59,436 nucleotides of DNA from a virus (IMGVR_UViG_3300020161_000132:1-59436); one strand, 5' to 3'; positions 29,725 to 39,852 are shown, counted from the first letter of the stretch. The notes: generated from the sequence alone by a model not told the origin. Program-made: numbers and translations.

Positions 29725-32476
29725 CAGCGGGCGGTAGGCTCATGTGAGTGCCTTTGCCCAGACGAACCTTAACCTTCTGTGCCCCCATCTTGTTTTTGAG
29801 TTCTTCGGTAAAGGAACTGTAGTTGATCTGCTGCTCAGTGCACCATTCCCGCAACGGTTTCGGCACAAGGAACAACTTCTGCAGGTCTGTCTCGTACCGT
29901 GCCACAAAGTTAAAGCGTGGGCGGGCTTCCGGCACAATGATACTATCCAGCCCATTGCCGTGCTTGCTGCGCAGGTCTTCTGTGCTCTTGATCTGCAGCA
30001 CTTGGTCGATGTGCTCCAGCACGTAGGAGTTCAAAATATCCGGCGCAGAGGCGGACATATCAGTCATCGCGCTGTTGTTTGACTTCAACAGATCATTCAC
30101 GAGGAACTTAAACATACCCTTGGGGTCATAGTTCAGAAGGCCGATCTTGTTGCAGATTAGCAGGGCTGTGAGGATGGCGGCAGCGCCCGCGGACCAGAAA
30201 CGATTAGCAGCGACGAGGTTTGCGGCACCGTCAATCTTCTCCTGCATCTTCTCGTAGAGACCACGCACTTCTTCACGATGCTCAATGACATACTGAGCAA
30301 ACACTGGACCCGCATGGCCGTAGGTATTCATAATCTTTTTAGCTAGCGCATCAGTCACGGGCTTGCTGATGTCTTTGTGCGGTTTCACACTGTGTTCAAG
30401 AATACGCATGGCCTCGGCGTTTGGGTCAGCCTTGATTGCACGTATCTTCTCAATGAGCGAGGCGTTCGCGGAGGTAACGCAAATAAGCTTCCAAGGCGCT
30501 CCGCGATGCCGTTCTGTGTTAGACCCAGAACTCATACGGGCCCGCTGCCGCCCACCGGACACTTGGTAAAGCAAATCCGAAAGTTCTTTCGGCGAAGCGT
30601 TGGTAAGTTCGTCGATAAGCAACGGCAGGTGCTGCCAGATCTCACCACGGCTCATCCTAGCATTCTGCGTATCGTTTTCCTGCAGGGTATACGCATCGGG
30701 GTTCCCCCAGACGGACGCCGCCGAAAACATTGCGGTACTCTTGCCAAGCCCTGATACGCCCATGAGGTGAATTGTCAGACAGTGCACCGCAGAGAACGGC
30801 ATAAGGATAGAGCCAAACCCTGACAAGAGCACCGCCTGATGGATCTCCATTCCGGGGCGGTTGTAGAATTCCATAAGCGTTACCCAATCAGCCAGCGTCC
30901 CGCGCTGCGTAAACACGTGGAAGTGTTCTGCGGTTGAGGATGATGGCGGATTGTAGTCCAGCCCTGTAGCGGTGATAGAAGTATCCCCGACAATAAACGC
31001 AGTCATGTCTTCGTCAGTCCAACCGAACTGCCGCCGTGCTTTGATAGCTTCGATGTTTGCTTGCAATTCATGTATCCACTGTGTTGTGTAAATCATAAGC
31101 GCTTCTAGGTCTTTACCCCACACAGTGATGCCCTGCTGAGATAGGTACTTCCTGAAGTCTTCCCGTGAGGTCACGGCAGTCAGGGGCACAGTAAACTCGC
31201 GGGGCACATCACGGGGAAGATGCAGCTTCATAGCCACAACCTCGCCAAGGTCGGGGTCATTCAGGCGGTGCGTAACGTACAGATCATTATGGTAGATGCA
31301 CCGTTCGACAATCTCGCCTTCATCATCGGTAGCGCGGATGTACACGCCGCCCTTGGCCCCACGGAAGTAAGGAGCAGGGTACTTAGGGACAACGTGTATC
31401 TTCTCACCAGCCTTAGTCCGCACGACTAACTGATTGTCTTTCTCTTCCGCTTCAACCACGTGCTGGCCTAGCGTGATGGGGGATTTGATCTTACCGAAAT
31501 GCGGGCAACCTTCGCAGCCGCCCGGATTGTATTCGTCGAAGCGAGTGCAAAGGTACGGCCCCTTGATGCGGTCCATCTTCTCTTCGGTTTCGACAGGGTC
31601 ATACTCAGGATGCCCAGAGGATATCTTATGCGCCGCCTTACCCCCATCGCTGCAGAACTTGGCAATCGACAACCCTGCCCGCCACATGGGCTCAGGAAGT
31701 TCAGCGCGGTTCTGGAAGATATAGGCAAGCTGAGCGCAGCCTTTACCCGCTGCGGTCTTAGCCATAATTGTCTTGAACACACTCTCGCGGTTGGCAAGTA
31801 GGGCGCTCATAACGGCATCGGTCTCACGGGGGGCATAGGCGCGGGGCGTAAACACGGGGGTATCAACGCCCGCCAAAATCCCCTCTATCTCACTTACTGA
31901 TACACTGTTTGCACTATCGGTCAGAAAATCCACGGGGAGTGCGGGGTCAGCCTTGTGGTTATGGGTGCTAGGGACACGCAATATGCGGGCACCATCGGCG
32001 GTCACAACAGGGTCGGCTTTGAGGTTTTGGGTAACGCAAGCCTGTTTAAGCTTAAGCGCCAGCTTATACCACTCGGTGTATACTAGCGGCGTAGTTAACA
32101 TCCAGTAAACGTGTACGCCACGCCCTGAGTTTATCATCACGGGCTTGGGCATCTTGGTAGCTTTGCAGAAGTCCCGCAAAGCCGAAATCGCTGCGGCCTG
32201 TGACGGATAGTCTTTCCCCGGACCACAGTCGAGGTCGAGGTACAGCGAATGCAGGGTGTCGATATTATCTACCTTGCGGGAGACAGCTTCCTTGAACGTA
32301 GCCAAGGCAAAATAGGCATCGTAACCCTCGGCGTCGAAGTTCGCCGCTGCGTCGATAATATCGCGCTTAGAAGTGTAGAACTTCTGTGTCTTCTTGCCAT
32401 CGCTAAGACGTGATGCAAAGACGCAGTAAAATCCTGTGTTCCCCAGAGCGCGTTCTAGAAATTCTAGTGTTTCCAT
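29666..32476 (-). CDS. Primase-helicase (AEP/RepB-like primase, DUF927-like region, P-loop ATPase)
   Basis: Start reassigned to METLEF; LYLDLDC, SGRGVHVYW, RILRVP; Cys cluster GPYLC...CEGCPH; Walker A GVSGLGKS; LLIDELT. Confidence 0.88.
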   Translation of the reverse strand: METLEFLERALGNTGFYCVFASRLSDGKKTQKFYTSKRDIIDAAANFDAEGYDAYFALATFKEAVSRKVDNIDTLHSLYLDLDCGPGKDYPSQAAAISALRDFCKATKMPKPVMINSGRGVHVYWMLTTPLVYTEWYKLALKLKQACVTQNLKADPVVTADGARILRVPSTHNHKADPALPVDFLTDSANSVSVSEIEGILAGVDTPVFTPRAYAPRETDAVMSALLANRESVFKTIMAKTAAGKGCAQLAYIFQNRAELPEPMWRAGLSIAKFCSDGGKAAHKISSGHPEYDPVETEEKMDRIKGPYLCTRFDEYNPGGCEGCPHFGKIKSPITLGQHVVEAEEKDNQLVVRTKAGEKIHVVPKYPAPYFRGAKGGVYIRATDDEGEIVERCIYHNDLYVTHRLNDPDLGEVVAMKLHLPRDVPREFTVPLTAVTSREDFRKYLSQQGITVWGKDLEALMIYTTQWIHELQANIEAIKARRQFGWTDEDMTAFIVGDTSITATGLDYNPPSSSTAEHFHVFTQRGTLADWVTLMEFYNRPGMEIHQAVLLSGFGSILMPFSAVHCLTIHLMGVSGLGKSTAMFSAASVWGNPDAYTLQENDTQNARMSRGEIWQHLPLLIDELTNASPKELSDLLYQVSGGRQRARMSSGSNTERHRGAPWKLICVTSANASLIEKIRAIKADPNAEAMRILEHSVKPHKDISKPVTDALAKKIMNTYGHAGPVFAQYVIEHREEVRGLYEKMQEKIDGAANLVAANRFWSAGAAAILTALLICNKIGLLNYDPKGMFKFLVNDLLKSNNSAMTDMSASAPDILNSYVLEHIDQVLQIKSTEDLRSKHGNGLDSIIVPEARPRFNFVARYETDLQKLFLVPKPLREWCTEQQINYSSFTEELKNKMGAQKVKVRLGKGTHMSLPPADAIVVDFAIKDHVDGAEIT

Positions 32477-32497
32477 GACCGCTTGTTCCCATCTACG

Positions 32498-32523
32498 AAA
32501 TGGGCGGGGATCGTCCCCGCCCA
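32498..32523 (-). terminator. Stem-loop, possible weak terminator between the SSB-like and primase genes
   Basis: TGGGCGGGGA-TCG-TCCCCGCCCA 10-bp stem; only TTT follows on the - strand. Confidence 0.5.
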
Positions 32524-32548
32524 CAATGCTTACCGAATCGTGAGAAGA

Positions 32549-33478
32549 TTAGTCATCCCACTCATCGACGATGCTTGCAAGATCATTGTCGGCGACCTCT
32601 GCTTTCGGTGCGGCCTTCTTGGCTGCGACCACAGGCTCTTCGATTTCTTCCTCAACCACGACAGGCTTTGCCTTGGCCTTCGGCTCTTCTTCGATCTCAA
32701 ACTTGTCCTTGTAGGCGTTGAACGGTTTGGACCCTTTCGGCTCGGCTTTCTTAACGCCATCAGTCTGCGAGACGGTCAGGGTGATTGCCTTGATAGCTTC
32801 GGGGCTATCTTTTGCATCCACGGCAACGCGCAGTTCTGCTTCGGTCAGGGGGCGCACGGGCTTAAAGAACAGTTTCGGCCCTTCAGAGTTTTCGTCGAAG
32901 GACATCTGTGTCACCACGGCGATAGCCGGAGTTTTGTGCGCCTGTAGGTGACGAGCGTAGGCTTGCATCCCCATCTGCGGACCCTTGGCTTCGCCAAAGA
33001 TCGACGTAGCCGGAAGCTGCAGTTGGTAGACCTTGTCCAGTTCACCTTCGATAGCCACAGCCAGACGCTGGTTAAAGCGGCAAGCACGGCCCGCACCTGC
33101 GCTAGCGGAGCCTTTGATGTTCATCGGGCAAGTAGCACACTTGTCAGACATACGCTGTGCAGCGGGAACTTCCGGCGCGGGGGTTTGGGTATCGGCGCTC
33201 CAGCAGGAGGGCGGTGCGGCTTTATCAGGGTCGTAAGTACCTTCGAAGTAGGTACGAGAGATACGCGCTGCGTTCAGGATAACGATGTTCATCGAATCAT
33301 CCTTCGACACAGCAACCTGCTCACCACCAGCATACTGACGGAAACGACCGCCGCGGATGCTGATACGATTGCCGCCACCGCCCACGCTCCCTGCGAGGTT
33401 GGTGTTCATATCCTGCAGGGATTTCAGCAGGTCAGAGTTGACGAGGCTGTTGCCTCCAAAGAGGGTCATCTCACTCAC
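32549..33478 (-). CDS. Putative single-stranded DNA-binding / recombination protein
   Basis: GTG start with AGGAG RBS; RISIRGG.FR; Cys4 set (PSCWS, CATCP, ACR); acidic C-terminus DEWDD. Confidence 0.6.
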   Translation of the reverse strand: MSEMTLFGGNSLVNSDLLKSLQDMNTNLAGSVGGGGNRISIRGGRFRQYAGGEQVAVSKDDSMNIVILNAARISRTYFEGTYDPDKAAPPSCWSADTQTPAPEVPAAQRMSDKCATCPMNIKGSASAGAGRACRFNQRLAVAIEGELDKVYQLQLPATSIFGEAKGPQMGMQAYARHLQAHKTPAIAVVTQMSFDENSEGPKLFFKPVRPLTEAELRVAVDAKDSPEAIKAITLTVSQTDGVKKAEPKGSKPFNAYKDKFEIEEEPKAKAKPVVVEEEIEEPVVAAKKAAPKAEVADNDLASIVDEWDD

Positions 33479-33495
33479 GGTGTTCTCCTAGATTT

Positions 33496-33696
33496 TTAGA
33501 CCGTTTGGTCGGGGGTTGTGCTCAGTGCTTCATCAATCATCGGGATGCGGAAACGATAGGTGTTCCCAACTTTGATGTAAGTAGTCTTGGGGATGTCCCC
33601 ATTGCGTATCCACGCACGGATGGTCGAGATGGATACGGTAAAATGCTTCGCCACTTCTTCAATCGTGGAGTAGGGGCTCTTTTCTTGGTCTGTCAT
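33496..33696 (-). CDS. Excisionase-family helix-turn-helix protein
   Basis: TIEEVAKHFTVSISTIRAWIRNGDIP...KVGNTYRF. Confidence 0.85.
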   Translation of the reverse strand: MTDQEKSPYSTIEEVAKHFTVSISTIRAWIRNGDIPKTTYIKVGNTYRFRIPMIDEALSTTPDQTV

Positions 33697-34082
33697 GCTT
33701 TCCTCACGGAGATGTTGTACTCCGCATCCACGTTAAGGCCGGGAGGCAGGAGATCAGGGTTTTGATCAAGGAACTCCTTCACTGCCGACTGGTTCAGACG
33801 CTTCTCAAAGAACTCAGGGACAGCGTGTTCCATGATGAACTTGTGCATGGACTCCCAATCGCCAGTCCAATAGCGCGTCTTAACAGTGCGATAGAAAAGG
33901 CCGTGCTGCGTCCTTACGCTCTCCACGCCGTGTTCCTTGCAGTACTCTAGCAGACCTTGCTTAACCTTATCAAGCTGTGCTTGCAGTTCTTTGTCTTGCT
34001 CATCAAATGCGGCTTTGATCTCTGCCCGTTTGTCGCGGATGCGGGTATAAATCTTAACCATGCTATCGACAGGTATTGCCAT
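33693..34082 (-). CDS. Conserved replication-module coiled-coil protein
   Basis: CTGGAG RBS; N-terminal coiled coil, SVRTQHG and PPGLNV motifs. Confidence 0.75.
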   Translation of the reverse strand: MAIPVDSMVKIYTRIRDKRAEIKAAFDEQDKELQAQLDKVKQGLLEYCKEHGVESVRTQHGLFYRTVKTRYWTGDWESMHKFIMEHAVPEFFEKRLNQSAVKEFLDQNPDLLPPGLNVDAEYNISVRKA

Positions 34083-34130
34083 GCGGTGTTCTCCAGTGGT
34101 GATTTGTTAGTTATAGTGACTAACTTTGTG

Positions 34131-35666
34131 TTAGTCAATCAGATCGTTATAGAGGTCGATAAGTTTTGAGTGCACGTCGATCTTCTGGTCCAGAAGTTGA
34201 TACACCCGCGCCTCTACGGGAGAACCTACCAACTGCACGATTGTGCATTTGTTTACTTGACCAGCGCGGTGGATACGGGCGTTGGCTTGCGCGTAGGTCT
34301 CTAGGGATGGGGTCGGGCCCCACCACACAATGGTATCGGCAGCGGTTAGCGTAACGCCGTGTGCAGCAGCTTGGGGTTGGATCACCAGCACACGGGGGCT
34401 CTTGGTAGATTGGAACCTGTTAATGATGTCAGTGCGTTTGCTGGCGGTTACATCCCCACGTATGATCTCGGCGTCGATACCGTCCTTACGAAGCTTCTCG
34501 GTGACAAGGTCGATGGCGTGTTTAAACGGCACAAAGATAAGTACTTTGTTGCTTGTCTCGTCGATCACTTCTTTGAGGACGTTGTAGCGGTTGGAGATGT
34601 CGAAGTTGATGGCATCCCCGTCCTCGTTGTACACCGCACCTGCAGAAATCTGGAGCAGCTTACTCATCGCCACTGCAGCGTTCACCGCGGTCACACGGGT
34701 CGAGGCCAACTCCATAGCCAAGTTCTTTTTGAGTAGTGTGTAGTAATGTTTCTGCTGTGCGGTGAGTTCGACTTTGCGCTTGATGTAGGACATGTCAGGC
34801 AGGTCGAGGCATTGGGACTTTAAGAACCTGATAGCAGGTTGCAGTATCCGATAAACTGTGTCCGTAGCCGTCTCCTTGGGTTCCCAGCGATACTGCGAGA
34901 CGCGCTGCATTACGGTGTCTTTGAAGACATTAAAATTGCGTGGCACGGACGTGCTGTCGATAAGCTTAGCCAAGCCGTAGGAATCAACGGGGCTCTGTGC
35001 TGCCGGAGTACCCGTCATAAGCCACAACCACGTGTCAGGGGTCACCAGCTTGTTCAGCACCTTCCACCGCTTGCTCTGCGCATTCTTATAGTGCGTAGCT
35101 TCATCGACGATGATCAGGTCGAACCCACCCTTGGCGATGTCATCCGCGACGACTTCTACGCCGTCATAGTTAATAACCACAAACTCAGTATTCTGTGCGA
35201 GGATGGCGCGGCGCTTCTTGGCTTCGCCGTGGGCAACAGCAATGGTGCGGTGCATCGCAACGCTGAACAAGTCGGCCCGCCATGCACTGTCCATAATAGA
35301 TAGTGGGCAGATAACCAGCACACGATGGACCTTGCCCTGCCGCATAAGAAAGTCTGCGGCCCAGATGGCGCTGGCGGTTTTGCCCGTGCCCTGCTCGTTA
35401 AAGCAGAAGGCGCGTTTGTTGAGGGTCAGGAAGCTAGCCGTAGTGCGTTGGTGCGCCATAGGCTTGTATTGGCCCGGCCAGTTGTAGCGTCCCTCAATCG
35501 GGGACGGTACTTTTATATTCATGTTCCGCAGGGCAAAGACTTCGTCTACGCCCCATTTGACCAGCACTTCGTGTTGGCTGACCTCGCGGCTCTTCGGGAT
35601 AACTGCAGTGACTTGTTTCGGGCTGCGTAGCTTAAGAAGCAACGCCTTGCCGTCGATGATCTTCAT
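34131..35666 (-). CDS. SNF2-family helicase
   Basis: EQGTGKT, VICP, IVDEAT, MTGTP, HGVTLTAA, QANARIHRAGQ. Confidence 0.92.
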   Translation of the reverse strand: MKIIDGKALLLKLRSPKQVTAVIPKSREVSQHEVLVKWGVDEVFALRNMNIKVPSPIEGRYNWPGQYKPMAHQRTTASFLTLNKRAFCFNEQGTGKTASAIWAADFLMRQGKVHRVLVICPLSIMDSAWRADLFSVAMHRTIAVAHGEAKKRRAILAQNTEFVVINYDGVEVVADDIAKGGFDLIIVDEATHYKNAQSKRWKVLNKLVTPDTWLWLMTGTPAAQSPVDSYGLAKLIDSTSVPRNFNVFKDTVMQRVSQYRWEPKETATDTVYRILQPAIRFLKSQCLDLPDMSYIKRKVELTAQQKHYYTLLKKNLAMELASTRVTAVNAAVAMSKLLQISAGAVYNEDGDAINFDISNRYNVLKEVIDETSNKVLIFVPFKHAIDLVTEKLRKDGIDAEIIRGDVTASKRTDIINRFQSTKSPRVLVIQPQAAAHGVTLTAADTIVWWGPTPSLETYAQANARIHRAGQVNKCTIVQLVGSPVEARVYQLLDQKIDVHSKLIDLYNDLID

Positions 35667-35690
35667 CGGATTCTCCAGATAGTTTTGTTT

Positions 35691-35945
35691 TTATTTCTTC
35701 TCGCCGGGGTTGTGCCCGTTACGTGCACGGTTCTTTGACGGCGCTTCGAGGATATATCCGTCCTTGTTGCGACCGCCTTTGGCGAGGGCTTTCTTGTGGC
35801 TCACATCTTTACCAGTGCGATCCACGCCCTTCTTGTCCAGTTCCCGCCGCGCACGTTGGCGCTCCATGCGGTCTTCATGTTCCCCACGCGACTTTTGCAT
35901 TTCGTATTCGTGCTTATACGGGCGAGGGGATTTTGTGTAAGGCAT
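35691..35945 (-). CDS. Small HNH-like protein
   Basis: Start reassigned to MPYTK; GKDVSHKKAL.KGG.N...NRARN. Confidence 0.65.
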   Translation of the reverse strand: MPYTKSPRPYKHEYEMQKSRGEHEDRMERQRARRELDKKGVDRTGKDVSHKKALAKGGRNKDGYILEAPSKNRARNGHNPGEKK

Positions 35946-35947
35946 GG

Positions 35948-36619
35948 CTAGTTCCTTCCGTTGTGCGGACATTCTAACACAGGACAGTGCTGCCGACAAA
36001 GCCCAGATGTCTTAGCATTCCAAACATTAGTATCGAAGGCTTTCTCCATCTGTTTGTACTTGCCGATCCACTTCCCCCAGAGGGCAGACTTGTCGTCAGT
36101 TTTATACGACTTCATCACAGACGCATTGGCAACTACGAACAGCAGTGCTGCACGGACCTTAGTTATGTTAGGGAAGTGCGCGAACACCGCCAAGGACATC
36201 AACTCAAGCTGCCCTTCGTCCGCATACTTAGCGCTCTTGCCTGTCTTGTAATCTATCACGTAAGCACTGGCATCGGCATGGTTGATGATCAACAAGTCGG
36301 CGATACCGCGGAACCAAACACGCTCTGATGAGAAGTCGCATGGTTCCAAGTCTGCGGTAAGGCCAAGTTTATACTCGCAGAGTTTCGCACCTTCCTTGGC
36401 GTTCAGTGCTTCAAGCAGCCCGCGGACGTATCCAAACTTCTCTGGAATCGGCACAGCACTCCCAATGAAATCCTCACACGCCTTGTGGAACTCCGTGCCA
36501 TACAGCATGGCTTCGGTCTCCTGCACGGGGTACTGCTTGAGTACCTTCTCGTGGTAGAACTGCTTCGGGCACTGCTCGAACGCTTTCAGCTTACTGAACG
36601 ACCAAGGGGCTACACTCAT
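35948..36619 (-). CDS. PD-(D/E)XK Cas4/RecB-like exonuclease
   Basis: SFSKL..FEQCP, GTEFH, GIADL, VIDYKTGK, QL, C-terminal LC..HCP...C. Confidence 0.9.
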   Translation of the reverse strand: MSVAPWSFSKLKAFEQCPKQFYHEKVLKQYPVQETEAMLYGTEFHKACEDFIGSAVPIPEKFGYVRGLLEALNAKEGAKLCEYKLGLTADLEPCDFSSERVWFRGIADLLIINHADASAYVIDYKTGKSAKYADEGQLELMSLAVFAHFPNITKVRAALLFVVANASVMKSYKTDDKSALWGKWIGKYKQMEKAFDTNVWNAKTSGLCRQHCPVLECPHNGRN

Positions 36620-37014
36620 TACATATCATCCCGCTGTACGTAGTACCCATCGGGGTAGTGAGTTTTGTTATTACAGTGCGCTACCCTGTGTGAAGGCGTG
36701 CCGTCTTCAGGCAAACTATGCCAATGCGGGCGCTTACACTTCGGGCAGGCAAAAATACCTGTCCCGTCCCCATCTGGGGTTATCATGTGTATCGTAAACT
36801 TATTTTCGCTATCCCACATCATGCGAGTGTTACCTTTGCGTTGCCATATTAATAGTTCCGGTGCGTTATTGCACCCTTCGCAATAGAAGTTGACACGTAT
36901 GCTTAGGTCATCTTTGCCTACGTCTACGATACGCTGGTGAAGATACGTACTGCCGCAATTTGGACAGGCTAACTCGTTGTGGCAGTCAATCGAAATACTA
37001 CGCTGCTCCATCAT
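36619..37014 (-). CDS. Hypothetical protein with zinc-ribbon motifs
   Basis: CPNC, CEGC, CPKC...HWH...AHC; overlaps both neighbours. Confidence 0.6.
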   Translation of the reverse strand: MMEQRSISIDCHNELACPNCGSTYLHQRIVDVGKDDLSIRVNFYCEGCNNAPELLIWQRKGNTRMMWDSENKFTIHMITPDGDGTGIFACPKCKRPHWHSLPEDGTPSHRVAHCNNKTHYPDGYYVQRDDM

Positions 37015-38834
37015 TCACAATCTCCATAATTCTTGCCTACACCTGCCTCGCAGTTCACGGGCAGACCCTTCGCCCAATCTGGAACCCAGCGCATCGACTC
37101 CTCAACCCAAGCCTTAGCTTCGGTCACCTCATCGTCGGGAACACAGCAGACAATCGAGTCATGTACAGTTAGCACGGCGCGGTGTTTCTTAGCAATACGC
37201 AACATCTGGTCCCCGATGATACACCTTGCTATCGCCTGACACACGTTTTCTATGACCTTGCCTCCGTAGATGCGACTCGGACCCTTGCGTGTTTGGTAAG
37301 TATACTCGGTGCCGTCAGCGTTCTGGTGGCCGCGTAATCCATCGTAACGAAGCAGCAAACCAGATGGCAGGATAACGCCGGGGCCAGTAGTATCGACACT
37401 GAGAACACCCGCACGACCGAACTCTTGGACCTCGCGGTTGGCTAAGGCGCGGAGCATATACCCTGCACGTTTCCACAGGTTGGTGATCTGGTCGTTCTCT
37501 TCGCGGTAGATAGTGATGATGCGCTTGGCTTCACCTTCTGTCACTTCCATCCCCTGCGTCAGCAGAGCAGCTTGAAACTTAGGCCCACCCATGCCGTAGC
37601 CAGCGCCTAGAATAGTTGTCTTGCCTACGAAGCGTTGCTCCTTCGTTACGTCAGCCTCTTCGACGCCGTAAATCTTCGCAGCCATCTTCTTATACACGTC
37701 TTTGCCTAGGGCGAAGGCTTCGACGAGATCGTCCTGCTCGGCCAACCATGCAAGCACCCGCGCTTCGATCTGCGCGGAGTCGGATTCGATAATTGTCATG
37801 CCCTCTGGTGCAATGATGGCCCGCTTAAGCACCTTCGCGTTAGGCCCACGGCTCGGCAGGTTCTGCAGGTTGATCTTATCGTCACCACCCCAGCGACCCG
37901 TATGGGCAGCGTAATACCGTACAGGGACGGGCAGAGCGCCCCGCTTGGAGATGTCTATGAAGCGTTGGGTGCGTGTCTCCTCAAGCGTGGACTTAGTGCC
38001 CAGCCGTGCAGCTATCGCAGCCTGTACGCGGAAGTCTTCATGCTCGGCTAGCGCCTTGAACTCCTCATCGTTCTTAGCCATGGCGTAGGTAAGTTTACCC
38101 GTTGTCGGGCTGATCTTCATGGGAACTTCTGCGCCGTATGACCGCAGCACCTCGGCCAGCTTGGCGTTGCTCATAAGGTCTTCCTTGCTCACGCCGGATG
38201 CGACGAGCAGGTCTTCTTTCATAAGCTTAGTTTTCTGCAGGTGCATCTCCAGCAGGTCGCCGTCTAGTTCTAGGATTGGGTCGATGAACATACGCAGCGT
38301 GTGGTCAATCAGCTTTAGTTCCTTCGTGGGGAACTTCTTTATCATTTGGTTGAAGATAGTGTAGGTCAGGTCCACATCGTTGCGGCAATACTCGCCGTAC
38401 CGATCCAATTCTTCCTTAGTGAAGTCGACTAACCGCTTCCCCAGTGCGTTGATGACCTCGTTGCCCTTCTCCCCTACCCCGTAGGATTCGGCTAAGGCTT
38501 TCAGGCTGGCGCTCTTCTCCACACCATGAATAGCCCGTGCCATGCACAGGGTATCGAACCAAGCCTTGGGCTTCACGCCGTAGCGCCACGACAGGATAGC
38601 ACCATCAAACATAGTGTTGTGGCACAGGATAGCGGACTTGGACCAATCAATACGCGACAGAGTATGCGCTACGCGCTTCTCTCCTGCCAACCAGTAGGTC
38701 GGCCCATCGTTCTTCTTGATGCCCAGCCCGATAGTCTCGAACAGGGGGCTCCGCACGTATTCTTCCGTGGTGATCTTGGACAGGGAAAAGTCTTTGTCGT
38801 AATAGGTTTCGAAGTCTAGCGTGTAGACATCCAT
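37011..38834 (-). CDS. polA: DNA polymerase family A with 3'-5' exonuclease
   Basis: Start reassigned to MDVYTLDFET; HNTMFD; HTGRWGG; NLQN; DSAQIEAR; KTTILGAGYG; TVHDS. Confidence 0.93.
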   Translation of the reverse strand: MDVYTLDFETYYDKDFSLSKITTEEYVRSPLFETIGLGIKKNDGPTYWLAGEKRVAHTLSRIDWSKSAILCHNTMFDGAILSWRYGVKPKAWFDTLCMARAIHGVEKSASLKALAESYGVGEKGNEVINALGKRLVDFTKEELDRYGEYCRNDVDLTYTIFNQMIKKFPTKELKLIDHTLRMFIDPILELDGDLLEMHLQKTKLMKEDLLVASGVSKEDLMSNAKLAEVLRSYGAEVPMKISPTTGKLTYAMAKNDEEFKALAEHEDFRVQAAIAARLGTKSTLEETRTQRFIDISKRGALPVPVRYYAAHTGRWGGDDKINLQNLPSRGPNAKVLKRAIIAPEGMTIIESDSAQIEARVLAWLAEQDDLVEAFALGKDVYKKMAAKIYGVEEADVTKEQRFVGKTTILGAGYGMGGPKFQAALLTQGMEVTEGEAKRIITIYREENDQITNLWKRAGYMLRALANREVQEFGRAGVLSVDTTGPGVILPSGLLLRYDGLRGHQNADGTEYTYQTRKGPSRIYGGKVIENVCQAIARCIIGDQMLRIAKKHRAVLTVHDSIVCCVPDDEVTEAKAWVEESMRWVPDWAKGLPVNCEAGVGKNYGDCE

Positions 38835-38860
38835 GTTAGTTCTCCAGATTAGTATTGTCG

Positions 38861-39064
38861 TTACTCGAAATAACCTTGAACTACTTCGTGAGTTGTTGCG
38901 AAAGCAGGGTCTGACGACATCATATGTACATCCCATGCCTTTATTGATTCACGAGGGTTCTCTAGGGCGAAAGTGCCGATACATATCATTTGCGCCAATT
39001 TGGCGCTGGTCGTTTCGACCTCACACATCTGGCCGCGATAAAGCCCGACATAGGTTCTTTTCAT
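38861..39064 (-). CDS. Hypothetical protein
   Basis: RBS lies within the palindrome at 39066; 67 aa. Confidence 0.65.
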   Translation of the reverse strand: MKRTYVGLYRGQMCEVETTSAKLAQMICIGTFALENPRESIKAWDVHMMSSDPAFATTHEVVQGYFE

Positions 39065-39086
39065 GTTAGTCCTCCAGACTAAGTTA

Positions 39087-39467
39087 TTATTTAGCGCGGT
39101 TGTCGTTCAGCTTCCCGTGCTTTTCGGCATCCAAGAGGATGTTGCAGCAAGCCATAACATGAGCAAGGTGCGGTAGCCCGCTCTCTGGGTCTAAGGTCTC
39201 CCCATTAAACCATGCCATCAGGTGGCGGAGCGCCGCATCGTAATACACAGTAGAGGACACCTGATGTTCGCGCCAGTTAAACCGCCCGTACTTGCTTGCC
39301 CCGTTGCTATGCACCTGACCAAGAAGTTGAATACCAATTGTCGGTGTGTCACTCAGTTTTGGCTTTGCCTCACCAAAGGCGGTCTTCGGGTTGTCGTCGG
39401 GGTACTCACTCATCTTTGGCGCGTCCGCCGATCCACCCATAACCATCATCTCACTCCACTTTGCCAT
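39087..39467 (-). CDS. dATP/dGTP diphosphohydrolase-domain protein (DUF5664-like)
   Basis: NPK...G..KP, GASKYGRFNWR, YYDAALRHL, GETLDPESGLPHLAH. Confidence 0.85.
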   Translation of the reverse strand: MAKWSEMMVMGGSADAPKMSEYPDDNPKTAFGEAKPKLSDTPTIGIQLLGQVHSNGASKYGRFNWREHQVSSTVYYDAALRHLMAWFNGETLDPESGLPHLAHVMACCNILLDAEKHGKLNDNRAK

Positions 39468-39621
39468 TGGATACCCCAGATATCTTAGATTGTTGGTGAG
39501 GGGCGATTGGGGAAATAGGCCGTAGCGCAGTCAGATTTCGACCAAAACAAAAACACCCGTTGCCGTTTGTTAGATTGTTTCACGCCCCTCACAGGTTTTG
39601 TAGCAGTAGCAGGTTTTAGCA

Positions 39622-39852
39622 TCAAGGGGCTTTCGCTGTCTTTTTCTTGCAAGCGGTGTAAGCAAACTGCCCATCGCCCAGCTTGCGTTGGTAAAGAAAA
39701 CATAGGCCCGCCTCGTATGCGTTTAGTGCATCGGCTTTGTGCGGACCCTTGGCATACGCACCTACACAATAAGTTATTGTGTCACCTACTGCGGCCTCGG
39801 CCAAGGTAATACCAAAGATGCCGCTACCCCCCTTTGTTATGTCATGGTTCAT
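39622..39852 (-). CDS. Hypothetical protein
   Basis: ATGA overlap within a tightly packed run; 76 aa. Confidence 0.65.
   Translation of the reverse strand: MNHDITKGGSGIFGITLAEAAVGDTITYCVGAYAKGPHKADALNAYEAGLCFLYQRKLGDGQFAYTACKKKTAKAP

Noticed and set aside
33496-33696. Integration/excision module implied by the Xis-like HTH
   Set aside because: No tyrosine or serine recombinase and no att-like duplication was recognised in the window
37011-39467. Z-genome (2-aminoadenine) pathway
   Set aside because: No PurZ-like or DatZ-like gene was recognised; the diphosphohydrolase alone is insufficient evidence
39485-39769. ORF 39485..39769 (-), or its 45-aa version from ATG 39622
   Set aside because: The long form overlaps 39622..39852; the short form is possible through a TGATG overlap but has no RBS or motif support
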